Assembly: GCF_009914755.1 (NCBI RefSeq)
Contig: NC_060926.1
Strand: one strand, 5' to 3'
Length of the DNA: 64,000 nucleotides
Source of the DNA: the human T2T-CHM13v2.0 reference genome, Homo sapiens
Part shown: in pieces, positions 14,487 to 29,190 of the stretch
How the letters are laid out: every line of letters starts with the position of its first letter
Position numbering within the stretch: position 1 is the stretch's first letter
Notes under the pieces: model-generated
Told to the model about the DNA's origin: nothing
Database searches by the model: none
The model's input: the letters and a program-made list of their open reading frames with translations, nothing else
Position numbers and translations under genes: made by a program

Positions 14487-17400
14487 CAGATTTCCATTTT
14501 TATATCATTTTCCTTCTGCTTGAAGGACTTCCTCTAATATTTCGTATAGTGTAGACCTGCTGGCATAAATTATCACTGTTTTTTTAAAATCTGAAAATCT
14601 CTTTATCTTCATTTTTTGAAAGATAGCTCTGCTGGGTGGGTGTAGAATTCCAAACTGACTTTGGATTTTGTTTGTGTTTTAAATTTTTTGAAGATGCTGC
14701 TCTGTTGTCTTCTGATTGGCATAGTTTGTAATGAGAAGTCTGCTGTCATTCCCATCTTTGTCCCTCCGCATATGCATCTTTTTTCTCTGATTCCTTTTAA
14801 GATATTCTTTTTATCACTGCTTTTCAGCAATTTGGTTATTAGGTGTATTGTTGTAGGGCTTTAAAAATATTTCTTCTGCTTGGTTTCATTAAGACTCATG
14901 ATTTGTGAGCGTATAGTTTCCATGAAATTTGAAAAAAATCTCAGCCATCTTCACATATTTTTTCTGTCCTTTCTCTCCTCTCTTTTGAAGACTCAAATTG
15001 TATGTACATTAAACTTCTTACTATTGTCCTAGAGCTCATTGAGAATGAGAATGAGGCTTTGTTATTTTAAAGTCTTTTTTGCCTGTCCTTCATTTTGAAT
15101 ATTTCTATTGTTATGTTTTCAAATTCACTGATTTTTTTTTCTACACGGTCTAACCTATTCATCCCATTCAGAGTATGTTTGTTTCATCTATTTCACTTTT
15201 TACTCCTATAAGTTGTATTTGGATCTTTTCTGCATTTTTCATTTCTTCCCTCATTATGTTGACATTTCCTTTTCTATCCTAGCATATTTTTCATCTTTAT
15301 AATAATTGCTTTAAAATTACTGTCTACTAATTTCAGCATATACTTTTTAATGCAATACTTTGACTATGTATCTGTGAACAAAAGTGAAAAGAATGGTGAA
15401 CAATGATGAAACTCCAAGTGTAGCATTGTTTTCCACAGTGGTATGGGTTGGAAATGTTGAGGCTGTTGAGCCAGTGAGTAAATAGATTGAGAATGGTATG
15501 CGCTTCTCTTGAAGATACGAGTTGCAGATATGGAAAGGAGGAAACATCAAATGAAACCTGTGGCTTTGTGTTAGATTTGACTTCAGCATATCAGTATAAC
15601 TTCATAGCACATATTTCCGTGTGTGTATTATGACAGATGGGTGTAGACATGGGTATATACATCTGTGTGTCTACCTACATCCACAGTTCCTAGCTCTGTC
15701 CACTGAGAGAAATGGAAGCAATAATACCTCAATAGCAGAGGGCACTTCCATGCTCAGATCTTGGCTGCTAAACACTAGTCTCCACTAAAAAGAACCAGGG
15801 TGCCTTGGAGATCCTAGGGTCGTGGCAAGAGAAGTGCAAGATGAGCCTGGAACATCTTGTTGTGCCATAAAGTAAGGAAACACTAGGAGAAGGATGGAGA
15901 TGGATCAAAAGGACACAGAGGCCCTCCAGAAGGGGCTCCCACTGGCAGTGTTTGGGACAATTGGAGCATTAAAACAAATAATGATAGGTACAGATTCTAA
16001 TCTATTAAAGGAGAAATCCGTGGCTTCACACTGATGTAAGTAAATAAATGATGAAACATATAAATGAGGGGGAAAACAGTATTGATAGCTTTGCATCAGT
16101 GTTAAATTTCCTGCTGTGGGTGACTGTATATGCTTACATGAGAGAATATCCTTGTTGATGGGAAATACTAAAATGTTTAGGGTGCAGAGGGTCATGAGGT
16201 CTACAGCTTATTCTCATATCCTCCTGAGTTTTTGGTGATAAGGTGAAGCTAGAGCTTCTTGTCAGAGAAGTGGCCAGCCGGCCAAACCGCGTTCTCCCAG
16301 GCAGCTCCCCACAGAAACTTGGTGCATTCATTCACTGTTGACTTACTCACTACTTCATTTGTTCGTTCCTTCAGTCCAAAACCTTGATTGCACCCTTGCT
16401 CTGATTTAAGGAGACGGAAGAGCAGCAATGCGTCTTTTTTTAGTATTAAATGTATTTATTTTTGTCTGTTTTGTTCGCTGTGCTGTCAGGCTTCCGGAGC
16501 AGTGCTACTCCTAGAAGCCGCTCAGTAAATAACTATTGTTCATCTTGTGATCATTGGGATGATACATCCGTAATTCCATCACCCAAAAATAAGTGCTTTT
16601 AACATTTTGGTGAAGTTCTTCCTTATCTGTTTTCAAGGGTAGGGTTTTACAAAACAGACTTCGGGTTACCATCTCATATGGGTCTCTATGTTGCCTATTT
16701 CTTTCAATGTTACGCCACGAGCATTTACCCATGCCCTAACTTTTCTGTGAAAACATGCTTTTTCATGACAATACAAGATTCCATTCTATGGCTACACTGT
16801 GATTGGTTTAACCGGCCGCTAGTTATTGGCTCTGTGGTGTTTCAGTCTCCTGAATCGATGTGTGTCTGTCCTACACGGGCCTTCGTGCAGGCCTCCCTCT
16901 CTTTCCCTCCCTTGCAATAAACTGCCCCACGTGGGCTCACTGGATCCAAGGCAGGGAGCTTTTCAGGGCACCTTCCTTCTGTCTGCCACTGCCCAGAAGG
17001 GCATTCGCAGTTACACCCTGCCGTGGGTGAAGGCAGCCGTACCACCTGACTCACTGAGCACAGCCCGGAGGTGGCAGCTCCCCAGCTCTGACAGGTCCGG
17101 ACCACGTGTGTCTCCAAAGCAGGCTTCTGTGCTGCTCCAGGGCCACCTGGGGGCGTGGCAGGAATGCAGACCACCCAGGGCAGATCCCAAGTGGGGGAAC
17201 AGAGTCAGTGCCGTGACCAGGGGCTCCTGGGGCTGGCTCAGAGCCCCACCTGGGAAGCACAGCCCCTCCCTCCGAGGGCTGCTCGTGGTGACCCGGGGCA
17301 CTCCTAACTAACCTACTCTGCAGGCTCCAGTCTCCTCCTGCCTCCTATTCACCACGAAGGGGTGGCCAGGACAAGCTGCCCCCACAGGGTCCCACCTGAT

Positions 17401-20037
17401 AGCACTCCTTGCACTCCTTCTGTCCATGGGCTTCTAGGCCAGACAGGGTGTCCTGGTGTTCTGACTGGTGGTGGGGGTGGAAGCTCTGGGCAGATCCAAG
17501 GGCAAGACAGGCTGGAAGGGTCGGGGCCTGGTCACACTGCCGTCTGTCTGCGACCAGGCAGGTGGGACACCCCATACATCATCTACGGGGACCAGCCTCA
17601 ACACCTAGGTGCCTTGGCATCCATTCTCTTGTTCTTTGCAAAGCAGGGCAAGTCATTCATTCAGCCAGCAGGTGTCAGTTATTAGACACCACTGTGTGCA
17701 GCCCCTGCCCTGCTCCCGTGGTGCCCGGGGCTCAGCACATGCTGAAGTCGCCTCTGGGCTCTGCGGGCCAGTCAGGGAGCACCAAGTGGGAGCAGGACTG
17801 TGGCCAGCCCAGGCCCCTGACCCCAATGCCTCCACACAGGAGGGCAGCCCAGGATCACACTGTCCTCTGAGCTTGTCCAGGAGCTTGTCAAGGGTCAGGC
17901 ACGGCCTCTTGGGCCCTCAAACCCATCTTTCAGCAAACATTTCCTGCCATCAGCTCTGGGGTGGGTTGGAGGCGGCAAAGTGGAGCAGGCAAGGCAGCCT
18001 TGGAGGCTCACTGGGGGCAGGACATGGGGATGGAGCTTGGGTCCTGGAGGAGTGACGGGGGTGCCCATGAGTAAGACTCTCAGGTATGTGGGGAGTGGGG
18101 GACAGACCAGGTTTGCATCTCAAGATTGCATCTCTGATGGTGGTGGCTGGAGGTGACAGTGGCCCAGTGGCCACTGCAGAGATGCAGGGTGACTGCGAGG
18201 AGGCCCCTCCCTCTGAGGTGTGGACAGGCTGAAGGCAGCAAGATCTCAAGAGCCCAGGAGGCAGCAGCCCAGGCTGGAGATGGATGGAAAGGGCAGGTGT
18301 GGACACCCAGACAGTGTGGGGCCACTACCTCCAGGCCAGGCACACCCTGGGGCCTCTAGGGGATTGGGCTGTGGCCCTGCTGACCATAGGGACTGGTGGA
18401 GCACCTGGCCAAAGTGGGAAGCAAGTGAGGCAAGGAGCAGGCGGCAGGAGCTGCTGTCAACACAAGGAAGCAGAGGGGCTGGTGGAGAGGGAGAGGCTGT
18501 GAGGGCAGCAAGAGGGACAGGGCATGAGAAAGGGCACGGGGGCTGGGGGCATGGCCCCATGGGGACAGGGAAGCCACAGGGAGACCCAGCACCTCAGTCT
18601 GCAGGAGAGAGAGGACATGGCATCAACACTCTCCTGGGAGCCCCTCCCTTACCCCTCCCCTGTCCAGGGGCGCTGAATGCAGCTCAGATGTCCCCTCCTC
18701 CAGGAAGTCACCCTGGCTCTCCCTGGTGGTAGCTCTCTTCCCTCCCACTGGAACAACCCCTTGGGTGACTGCTTCTGTCCCATGTGTGTTTCCCCGGAGG
18801 CGTCCCATGTGTGTTTCCCCGGAGGCCTAGCCCAGTATTGCCGTCGGTGGCTGGGCCAGGGGCCAGCCTCCTTCCCTTCAGGGCTGGCGTGAGGCCGCTC
18901 AGCAGGAGACCATCCCCTTCAGCCCCGGAGGCCCTGCCCATCCCCCGGCCCAGGACGCCAGCCCCCGCTGTGCCTGTGGGAGGAATCCTAATTGCCCAGA
19001 AAGCTGCCAGGAAATAAAAGACATGCCTGCATTTTTCAAAACAAGCTTCTAAAACACCTCGAGGCTGTGCTGTTTCACTCTTGGCAGAGGAGTCAAAGCA
19101 GGGAACCGCAGAGCCGCCCTTTGTGATCTAACGTTTGCGGAGCCAGGGTGCTGCTTCCTGGCTCCTGGGGCCCTCGGAAGTCTCTTGGGTCCCTGGCTCC
19201 CCTCCAGGCCCACCCTGCCCTGCTCAGAGCAGCCCCTTGGCTCAGGTCCGGGGGAGCAGGCTGTTGCATATCGGCACTTTCAGCCCGAGGTCACCTCCTG
19301 GAGGCTCCCCAGACGCTTCAGCTCTTTCCTGCTTTCATCCAAGTCGGAAATGCCACTGGAGCACGTCTCTGTGCTTCCTCCTGAGCCAGCAGAGGGTCAG
19401 CCCCGTCCTGCAGGAAAGGCAGGAGAGCCCTGAGTGCCCCTGGCCAGCCCCGCCCCCAATGGAGGAGGGCGAGGAGCCTCCTCCAAGTCCCCAAGTCACT
19501 GCAGCTCCAGGTTCCATGTGGCCTGGGGCCTCCCCAGTTAGCAGCTGACCAGCAGCCCAAGAATCTCAGCCTGCTCAGAGGGGTCAGAGCATCCCCTCCA
19601 TGGCAAGGCCACCGTGAGGCTGGCTGGCCTTGACCACAGCCTGAGAGAGGAGGGTGAGGGCGGGGCGTGGGGCACTCACCGGGGTGCCTAAGGTGCTCAG
19701 CTGTGTCCAACGCAGAGCTTTTTCCAGGCGGCCTGTGTGTGAGCCCCTCCCAGGACCTTTGTCACCTACCTGGGACTGTAACATCCAGGTGGCAATCTTG
19801 TTTTTCTCAGCAGCTGGTGCTTGGCTGGGAGGAGAGCGATGCCAGCACTGATCCAGGGCCTGGGCTTCAGGCTGCAGGCAGAGCCGGGACCCCAAAGGAG
19901 ACCAGACGGTGGCCACGGGGAGGCCCTGGACGATGGGATCCACAGGGAGAGACTGGAGTTCTGGGGGATGCAGCCAGGGCCTGCCGCAGCATCTCTACCC
20001 TGCAGACCCAGAACAAGCACACTGCCCTCCCTCCCTG

Positions 20038-20303
20038 CCTGGGGGTGGCAGGTCTCCTGGGTCTCCTGGGTCTCCTGGGGGTGGCAGGTCTCCTGGGTCT
20101 CCTGGGGGTGGCAGGTCTCCTGGTTCTCCTGGGTCTCCTGGGGGTGGCAGGTCTCCTGGGTCTCCTGGGTCTCCTGGGGGTGGCAGGTCTCCTGGGTCTC
20201 CTGGGTCTCCTGGGGGTTGCAGGTCTCCTGGGTCTCCTGGGGGTGGCAGGTCTCCTGGGTCTCCTGGGTTTCCTGGGGGTGGCAGGTCTCCTGGGTCTCC
20301 TGG
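20038..20303. repeat. G-rich minisatellite of 9-mer CCTGGGTCT and 18-mer CCTGGGGGTGGCAGGTCT (27/36-bp higher-order units, ~8 copies)
   Basis: Read directly; periodic peptides in the overlapping ORFs. Confidence 0.95.
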
Positions 20304-21753
20304 CACATGGAGTGGTTACATTTCTACAAGTGTCCCAGTGGCGCTGGGCAGGACTGCCAGGCTGGCCTCAGGCCCCAGACCCCAGCAGACAAACACTGGC
20401 CCTCAGCAGGTGTCTGAGGTGCCAGCGCTGGGCAGCCTGCTGGCATTCCCGCCCCCGAAGTCAGGACGAGGGACTAAACCCGCACTGTTCCTCTACGAGT
20501 GCTCAGGTCCACACCTAGCCATGAACAGGGGCGTCGGCTGGGAGACAGGCTAATCCTTTCCCCTTGTTTTCCACATCTCTATGACATGTTTTACAAGGTG
20601 CTATAGCAAGTAGGCAAATAACAATAATAGAATTGTCACTTTTTGGGAAGTAGCGTTTTCCCAGCCCTGAAGAAGGAGAGGGACCCCAGTGCTGGGGAGA
20701 GAGGGGTTGCCACATGGCTCCCTGCCCTGCTTCTAGCTCCTGGGCCCTCTGGCCTGGGCCTTGCCCACTAGCCCCCTTCCACCAGACGTTGGGACGTCCA
20801 CATCTGGAGAAAGGAAGTCCCGCGGGCCTCTGCCCTGCACTGCGGTGCTGGCGCTGCCCTGTCCTGGCTGCCCTGTCCTGGCAGGGGACAGGGCCGGCTT
20901 GTTCTGCCTCCTCCCTGGCTCAGCCCCCAGCGGGGAGGGCAGCAGCTCTCTGGGGTGGGGAGAGAGGAAAGCTGGAGCGGGGCAGGCGGCGGGTGGGCCC
21001 GAGGCCTCTGCACACCGCACACCTGCAAGCTAGGCTCCCACTTCAAAGGCCGACAGAAAACTCAGGGCAGCGGCTCAGGAGCCAAGCAGGGAGTGGGGCC
21101 AGCTAAGGAAGAGCATGGGGGGTGCGGCGAGGGGCAGAGCAGGGAGGTCCCCCACACCAGGCAGGTGGCCCAGCCCCAGGGACCTCGGCCACAGCGGCCT
21201 CCTGCCCCCAGATGCTTCTCCCCCAACCCAGAGGTACCACTTGTCACTTCTAACCCTTAGCTCTTTTTTCCAAAACACATGCCAAAAAGGGTACAAAACA
21301 TAAACGTGCAAAAAAAGATCAAACGTAACGCAAACCCTGGTGGGCCCACTGCCAGGCCGAGAGCAGACGCTGCCACCGCCCCACCCTGCATCGCCACCCC
21401 AGGGCAGCCCCTCCGGCCTGTGAAAGCGCCTTCTCACACTCGCCTTTTTCCCTCCCTGGTGTTTTTAGGGTGGCTCATCCACATCTCTGGTGGTGCTGTT
21501 ACTTCATCATCACCTCTGTATCGTTGTATGAATAGACCACAGGCTATTTGTTTTACAGTGGTACACATTTGGGTCTGCTATTGTTGTTGTTTTAATTGAA
21601 TTTTTCCAGCCTTATTGAGACAAAATTGACAGACAAAATTGTGTGATTTAATATACCTACACATTGTGAAATGACGACCAGAATCGCATGAATCTATACA
21701 TCCATCACCACCCAGTTACCGTGTGTGTGCACGTGTGTGACAAGAACACTTAA

Positions 21754-22116
<363 letters not shown>

Positions 22117-22284
22117 ACGAGCAGTACTGTTAACTACGGTTGCCATGCATTACATGGAGACCCCAGAACTTACTCATCCTGTCTGACTGAAGGTTTGCAC
22201 CCTCCAATCAACATTTCCCCATTTCCCACCTCAGCCCCTGGTAACCATCCTTCTACTCTCTGCTTCTATGAACTCAACTTAATT

Positions 22285-22623
<339 letters not shown>

Positions 22624-22956
22624 GAGTTCAGCTATTTTAGATTCCACATATAAGTGTCTTTCTGCGCCTGGCTTATTTCACTGAGCATAATGTCCTTCAG
22701 TTTCATCCATGTTGTTGCAAATGGCAGGATCCCTCTCTTTGTCATGGCTGAATAATATTCCCTTGTGTGTACATATGTCTGTATATATACACCACATTTT
22801 GTTTATCCATTCATCCGTCAGCAAACACTTAGGTTGAGTCTATATCTTGCTTATGGGAGTGCAGCTATTCTATGAGATACTGGTTTCATTTCATTGGGTA
22901 TATACTCAGAAGTGGGATTGCTAGGCCATATGTCAGTTCTATTTTTAATTTTTTAG

Positions 22957-23277
<321 letters not shown>

Positions 23278-24594
23278 TAGACTACTCTTAACAATGCTGT
23301 TTGTGAAAACTCTTGAAGGCATGTCCCAGTGCACACAAGTCCACATTTGTGTCAAGTCCACACCCAGGAGTGGGATTTCTGAGCCGTGGGATGTGCTGTG
23401 TGTGGATGCTGCCCAGGGCCACACCCCGGCCGACGCTTCTGCAAATGGAGCAGCTACATGGTGGGAGGTCACCATGGTCTCCTTTTCTTTTCTATGAATG
23501 AGGCTGAGCCAGTCTCATATGTTCACTTACCATTGGATTTCATCTTTTGTGGAGTGACTGTTCAAGTGTTTTCCCTCTTTTCTACAGAGTTATCTTCTTT
23601 CTCGCCGATTCGTGGGGGTTCTTGGTAACACCAGGTCATAGGTGCTGCAAATATCTTTTCTCATTCTGCACTCGTTTCATCCTCTTTAATGGCATCCTTG
23701 GGTGGATAGAAGGTGTTAATTTTACTGTAGTAAATTCTCCATATTGCTTTCCAACAGTCTTGCAGCTGTTTCATTTTGTCCTTCACACGCAGGTCTCTAA
23801 TACACCTGGAGGTGATCTTCTCTTGGGGCCCGAGGTAGAGTCACGCAGGTTCCATTTTGGAGGAAATGAAAGCAGAGCCAGCACCCTTGTTGAAAAGCCG
23901 CCTCTCCCCACACACCCCCAGCGCCGTTGTGGCTGTTCCCGGGCTCTCCCTCCTGCTTCTCTGTCCCTGAGCCAGGAGCGTTGGGCTAACTGTGGCCTGA
24001 CGAGAAAGGCTGGTGTCTCCTAGAACAAGCCCTTCCACCTTGCTTTTCACAAGACAGTCTTGGTTATTTTGGACTTTGCATTTTCACATAAAATGTAGAA
24101 TTGGCTTATCAAGTTACACACACGTATACACACACCTGTTGTGATATTTATTGGGATTGCATTGACTATACAGATCAATGTGAGGAAAACTGATACCTTT
24201 ACCATATTGAGTCGTGCAATCTAGGAACCTGGCATATTTCTGGATTTACTTAGTTGACTTTAACATTTTCAGTAAGGTTTCAGAATCGAGTGCAGAGAAG
24301 TTTTGCACATCTTTTGTTAGAGTTACTCTTAGGTACTTGGTTTTTTTCACACTATCGTAAATAGTGTCTTTAATCTCATTTTCTGGTTATTGCTGGCACA
24401 TAGAACTATAATTGATTTTTTACATTTTCTAACTTTATATCCAACTGCCTGACAAAATCCCATATGAATCTTGATAAATCATCTATGTGCAGAGTCCATG
24501 GGGTTTCTACATCCACATTCAGTCACAGCAGCAGTGGGGCTCCTTTCTACTCATTTTACTTTGTGACACATTTTTGTGTCTTCCTGCGCTGGCT

Positions 24595-24790
24595 GAGGCC
24601 TCCCGTGAATCGTCTCATAGCGGTGGTGTTGGTGCCTGTGCTGGCCGAGGCCTCCCATGAATCGTCTCATAGCGGTGGTGTTGGTGCCTGTGCTGGCCGA
24701 GGCCTCCAATGAATCGTCTCATAGCGGTGGTGTTGGTGCCTGTGCTGGCCAAGGCCTCCCGTGAATCGTCTCATAGCGGTGGTGTTGGTG
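24595..24790. repeat. 52-bp minisatellite, ~3.8 copies
   Basis: gaggcctcccgtgaatcgtctcatagcggtggtgttggtgcctgtgctggcc at 24595, 24647, 24699, 24751. Confidence 0.95.
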
Positions 24791-25030
24791 GAACCCTTGA
24801 CTTGTTCCTAGTCTCAAAAAGCAAGTGTTCCGGGTTCAGCATTGAATACGATGTGTGCACTTGTGTGTCTGAAGCCTTCTTCAGATTGCCGGCAGCCTTC
24901 TCCTTGTATTCCCAGCGTTTTTAATCACAAATGGACGTTGACTTTTATTCCATGCCTTCTCTATACCTCTTCAGATGATAATATGATTTTCTCCTTTAAT
25001 CTGTTAAATTGGTCATTTAAATTAATCAAA

Positions 25031-25110
25031 TTAATGGCAAATTAAATTAATAAAGTTAATTTAATGGCAAATTAAATTAATAAAGTTAATTTAATGGCAA
25101 ATTAAATTAA
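25031..25110. repeat. AT-rich 30-bp tandem repeat, ~2.7 copies
   Basis: ttaatggcaaattaaattaataaagttaat repeated. Confidence 0.9.
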
Positions 25111-25171
25111 TTGGTTTTCTGATGTAAAGCATAGCTGTGTTCCTAACAAAAGCCCACTCTGTCATGGTGGA

Positions 25172-25478
25172 TTTTTTTTTTTTTTTTTTTTTTTTGAGAT
25201 GGAGTCTTGCTCTGTCGCCCAGGCTGGAGTGCAGTGGCACGATCTTGGCTCACTGCAAGCTCCACCACCCGGGGTTCACGCTATTCTCCTGCCTTAGCCT
25301 CCCGAGTAGCTGGGACCACAGGCACCCACCACCTTGCCCGGCTAATTCTTTTTGTATTTTTTTAGTAGAGATGGGGTTTCACCATGTTAGCCAGGATGGT
25401 CTCGATCTGACCTCATGATCCTCCTGCCTCGGCCTCCCAAAGTGCTGGGATTACAGGCGTGAGCCACCACGCCCGGCC
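25172..25478 (-). mobile_element. AluY-like with TSD catggtggatt
   Basis: Alu body; duplicated flank. Confidence 0.92.
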
Positions 25479-25749
25479 CATGGTGGATTATTTATCCTCT
25501 TTGTATATTGCTGAATCAGTTTGCTAATAATTCATTTAAGGTTTTAGCAACTTAATGTGAAATTGGCCTGGAGTTGTCCATTCATGTACTGTCTTTGTTA
25601 AATTTTAGTATCCAGGTTATGGTAGCCTCATAAAATGGATTTTTCTATCTAGAAGAGTCTATGTGTCTCTGGAATTATTTCTTGAATGTTTGGTGTAACT
25701 CACTGGTGATGCTATATGGACCTAGAGTTTCTTGCTGGGAAAATTTTGA

Positions 25750-26200
<451 letters not shown>

Positions 26201-28038
26201 TAACAAGTTGCCCTGTTACTGGTTGATGGGTGCCGGCAGAAAGCATGAGACTCTCATGTTAGAGCCTCATGGCACAGCAAGTAGCAAGAGTGGTTTGTGT
26301 TGGGTTCTGTTGCTGTCTAAGTCCTGCCAGCATGGCGTGGAGGGGACCAAGGAGACGCCGTACACAGTGGGTTTACATCACAGCCAAGAAACATGGAGCC
26401 TGGGGAGTGCAGCTGTTCCATAGCAAGCCTGCTTTTTGCCCCCAAGGCGACGGTTCATCCCTCAAGGTGGATCTCTGCAAACACAACCCTAAGAAATGAC
26501 CCAGGCAAAGAGTGGACAGGGCCTTGTATTCTCTTGTAGTTGGCAAAAAAGTGCAGAGGCACAGCAGAGTGCCTCTCTTACCAAGCTACCTCCTCAGCCC
26601 CACACATTCTTGGCCAAACTCAAATGTTCATACCAGTATACGCCATGCCAGCAGCCAGAACCAAATCCTTCTGATCTCCTCCCACGGCAAGTGGGTGAAG
26701 GCTGCCGTCCACAGGAATCCCACAGCGGGACCTCAACCATGACCCTCAGGGGCCCAGGCACAGCCAGCTGTGAAGAATCCTGCAGAGCCCCGTAGGTCTA
26801 ATTTGAGAGAGCCAGGATGCAGCCTAAGGCCTGGCTGTTATCCCTGTGGCCCATGCAAGGAGTTTGACTGCCCTGTTGACGCCACCGTCAATAATTACAG
26901 AGGCAATGAATGAGCCAAAAAAGCAGCTCCCGCTACGATGACCAACTCGTCCTGGTTTATCCGGAATTGAAAGTCTCATGTCCCGGGGACCCCCTCAGTT
27001 CCAGGCAAACCAAGGTGGTGGGTACCTTGATCCCTTTCCCGACTGGAGAGGCATTCCAAGGCTCACTCCCTCCCAGGTAACACGCAACCCGAGTAGCTCT
27101 GTCTGAGAACCGCCATTCGCCTTGCCGTGGTCCCTGCTGTGCTGATTTGGTTAAGTCTTTTTGCCATGTCACCGCGCATTTGCAGCTTTGGTCACCATAC
27201 ACGACGTAACCCACAGGCGCTCAGATGACGGGGAAGCTATGAATTCAAGTCAGCAAGATGGAAGCAAGGTTGTGCCCACACATGCACTTACATGGGGGCA
27301 CGTTTGGGTGCAGATACCACCTGGATCCACAGGACAGAGATGGGGAACCCAGCGCAGGTCAGGTTGCCAGCTCAGCAGTAGCCTGACTCAGGCAGGCCAT
27401 GAGGCACCTTGCCAGGTGCTGGATTTAAGGGGCAAAGAACATTCGTTGTTCACTCAGCCCCCTGCACGTCCCGGGGTCTAAGGTGGTCCCTGGTCAGGAG
27501 CCGGGACTGGCGTTCTCTCTCTTCAGCCAGGAAGCCAGAATGCACATCCCAGGAACTTTCACTCACCTTTCCCCAGTTTGTCCCCAACTCACACCCAGAC
27601 CTGTCACAGGGCGGTGCAGGCACAAGGCCAGCAGGAGCACCCGTGTGAGAGCCACAGAGACGCCCTGCTCCCAGGCTGGCACCCACAGACCACCGCAGAT
27701 GAACCCAGCTAGCAGTGCCGTCAACCAAGCCACCCACATGTTCATGACTCAGGACTGTGTCAGCCCCACAGGAGAACCCAGGTGGCCGAACCAGAGCTGA
27801 GTGAATTCCTGAGGCCCCTTTTTGGCCTGGCTGCCACCTGGAGAGCAAACCAACCAGGCGGGCTGGGGCAGCTGTCAGGGAAAGAGCCTTATCAGGCCCA
27901 GAAACGGTCAGGGCCAAACCTCAAGGCTTCCAGGTAGGTCTGTGTCACCCCGCAGAGGCCCCACATTTTGTCCTGTCATTACCCAAAGGGTGGCCAAGCG
28001 GAGAAGAACCCTTTTGGAGGATGGGATGACCATGTTCA

Positions 28039-28190
28039 GGACCAGGAGCACATGCCCATGGTGTGTGGACCAGGAGCACATGCCCATGGTGTGTGGACCA
28101 GGAGCACATGCCCATGGTGTGTGGACCAGGAGCACATGCCCATGGTGTGTGGACCAGGAGCACATGCCCATGGTGTGTGGACCAGGAGCA
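28039..28190. repeat. Perfect 28-bp minisatellite, ~5.4 copies
   Basis: ggaccaggagcacatgcccatggtgtgt at 28039, 28067, 28095, 28123, 28151, and a partial copy at 28179. Confidence 0.97.
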
Positions 28191-28829
28191 GGCAGGGAGG
28201 CAGAGGCTGGAGTCTTTCGGAGTTGATTCTTGAGGAGGCTGATCTAGAGCTTGAAAATGCCAGGAGCCTGTGGATGGGAGGGATCCTGGAATATCCATCA
28301 ATACGTGATTAGTGACCCATGGCTGAGTGACCTGAGACAAAGGGAGCATCACTGTCAGATGCAAATCGTCCAGAAAGTCAAAAGCGCTCAGCGGTATAGC
28401 CAGGGCAGGCTAATTGGACTGGAACAGCAACACAATAACCTGGAGAGCGGAGACCCCACTGGTGGTCCTGGGGGCAGGGGCAGGCGTGCCCCACAGTGAG
28501 GCAGGGAGGCCAGCTTCTGTCAGGAGACTTTAGCCTGGTATGTGGAAGTTGTTTTTGCCAACTCATGCACGCCAGCTCACACAGGCGGCACAGGGTCCCT
28601 GTCATCGCCTCGTCCACAATGATGGCTGCATGGCCACTTCCGGCCCAAGAGGGATCCAAGAGGCAGCGCGGTCCGATCGGAGAGCACCCTTACCGTGGGC
28701 ACCTGCACGAGCGGCCCAGGCTGTCAAATCAGTGACCAGGATTTGTTTGCAACACCAGCGGGCCCCAAATATGAGGGTGTTAGTGTCTCAGGCTGTGGTC
28801 TTCCAAGTGGCAGACCAGACCGCAGACTG

Positions 28830-29190
28830 GGGCAGCAGGCTTTTTCTGTAGAGGGCCAGGTAGTGACTATTTTCAGCTTTTCAGGCCACAGGGTCTCTGC
28901 TGTTGTCACGAAAAAGCAGCCGTAGACAGTAAGTACGTGAGTGTGCTCAGCCGTGCTCCCACAAACCCTGTTTCTGAAACCAGGCTGGGGTCCACAGAGG
29001 ATGGATGGCCACATCTGACCCAAGGCCTGTTTGTGTATGACCTGTGAACTAAGAATGTTCTTAATACTTTTAAAGGGCTGCAAAAACAAAAAGAACAAAA
29101 AAGAATATGCAACAGAGACCACGTGTGGTCCACAGGGCCAGAAATATTTGCGATCTGGCCCTTCCCAGAAAGTCTGCTGGCCCTTGGGCA
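28830..29190. mobile_element. MER58-family (hAT-Charlie) DNA transposon fragments
   Basis: ctttttctgtagagggccaggtagtgactattttcagc... and ...aaatatttgcgatctggcccttcccagaaagtctgctggccc resemble MER58 ends. Confidence 0.6.

Noticed and set aside
18777-18826. 25-bp perfect duplication (a similar one lies at ~650-700)
   Set aside because: Simple local slippage duplication with no functional cue.
19667-20553. Long ORFs with collagen-like or transmembrane-like repeats
   Set aside because: They are translations of the modulo-9 VNTR; no splice or initiation support.
28039-28190. CRISPR-like 28-bp direct repeats (also the 38- and 52-bp arrays)
   Set aside because: Head-to-tail with no unique spacers and no cas genes; eukaryotic context.
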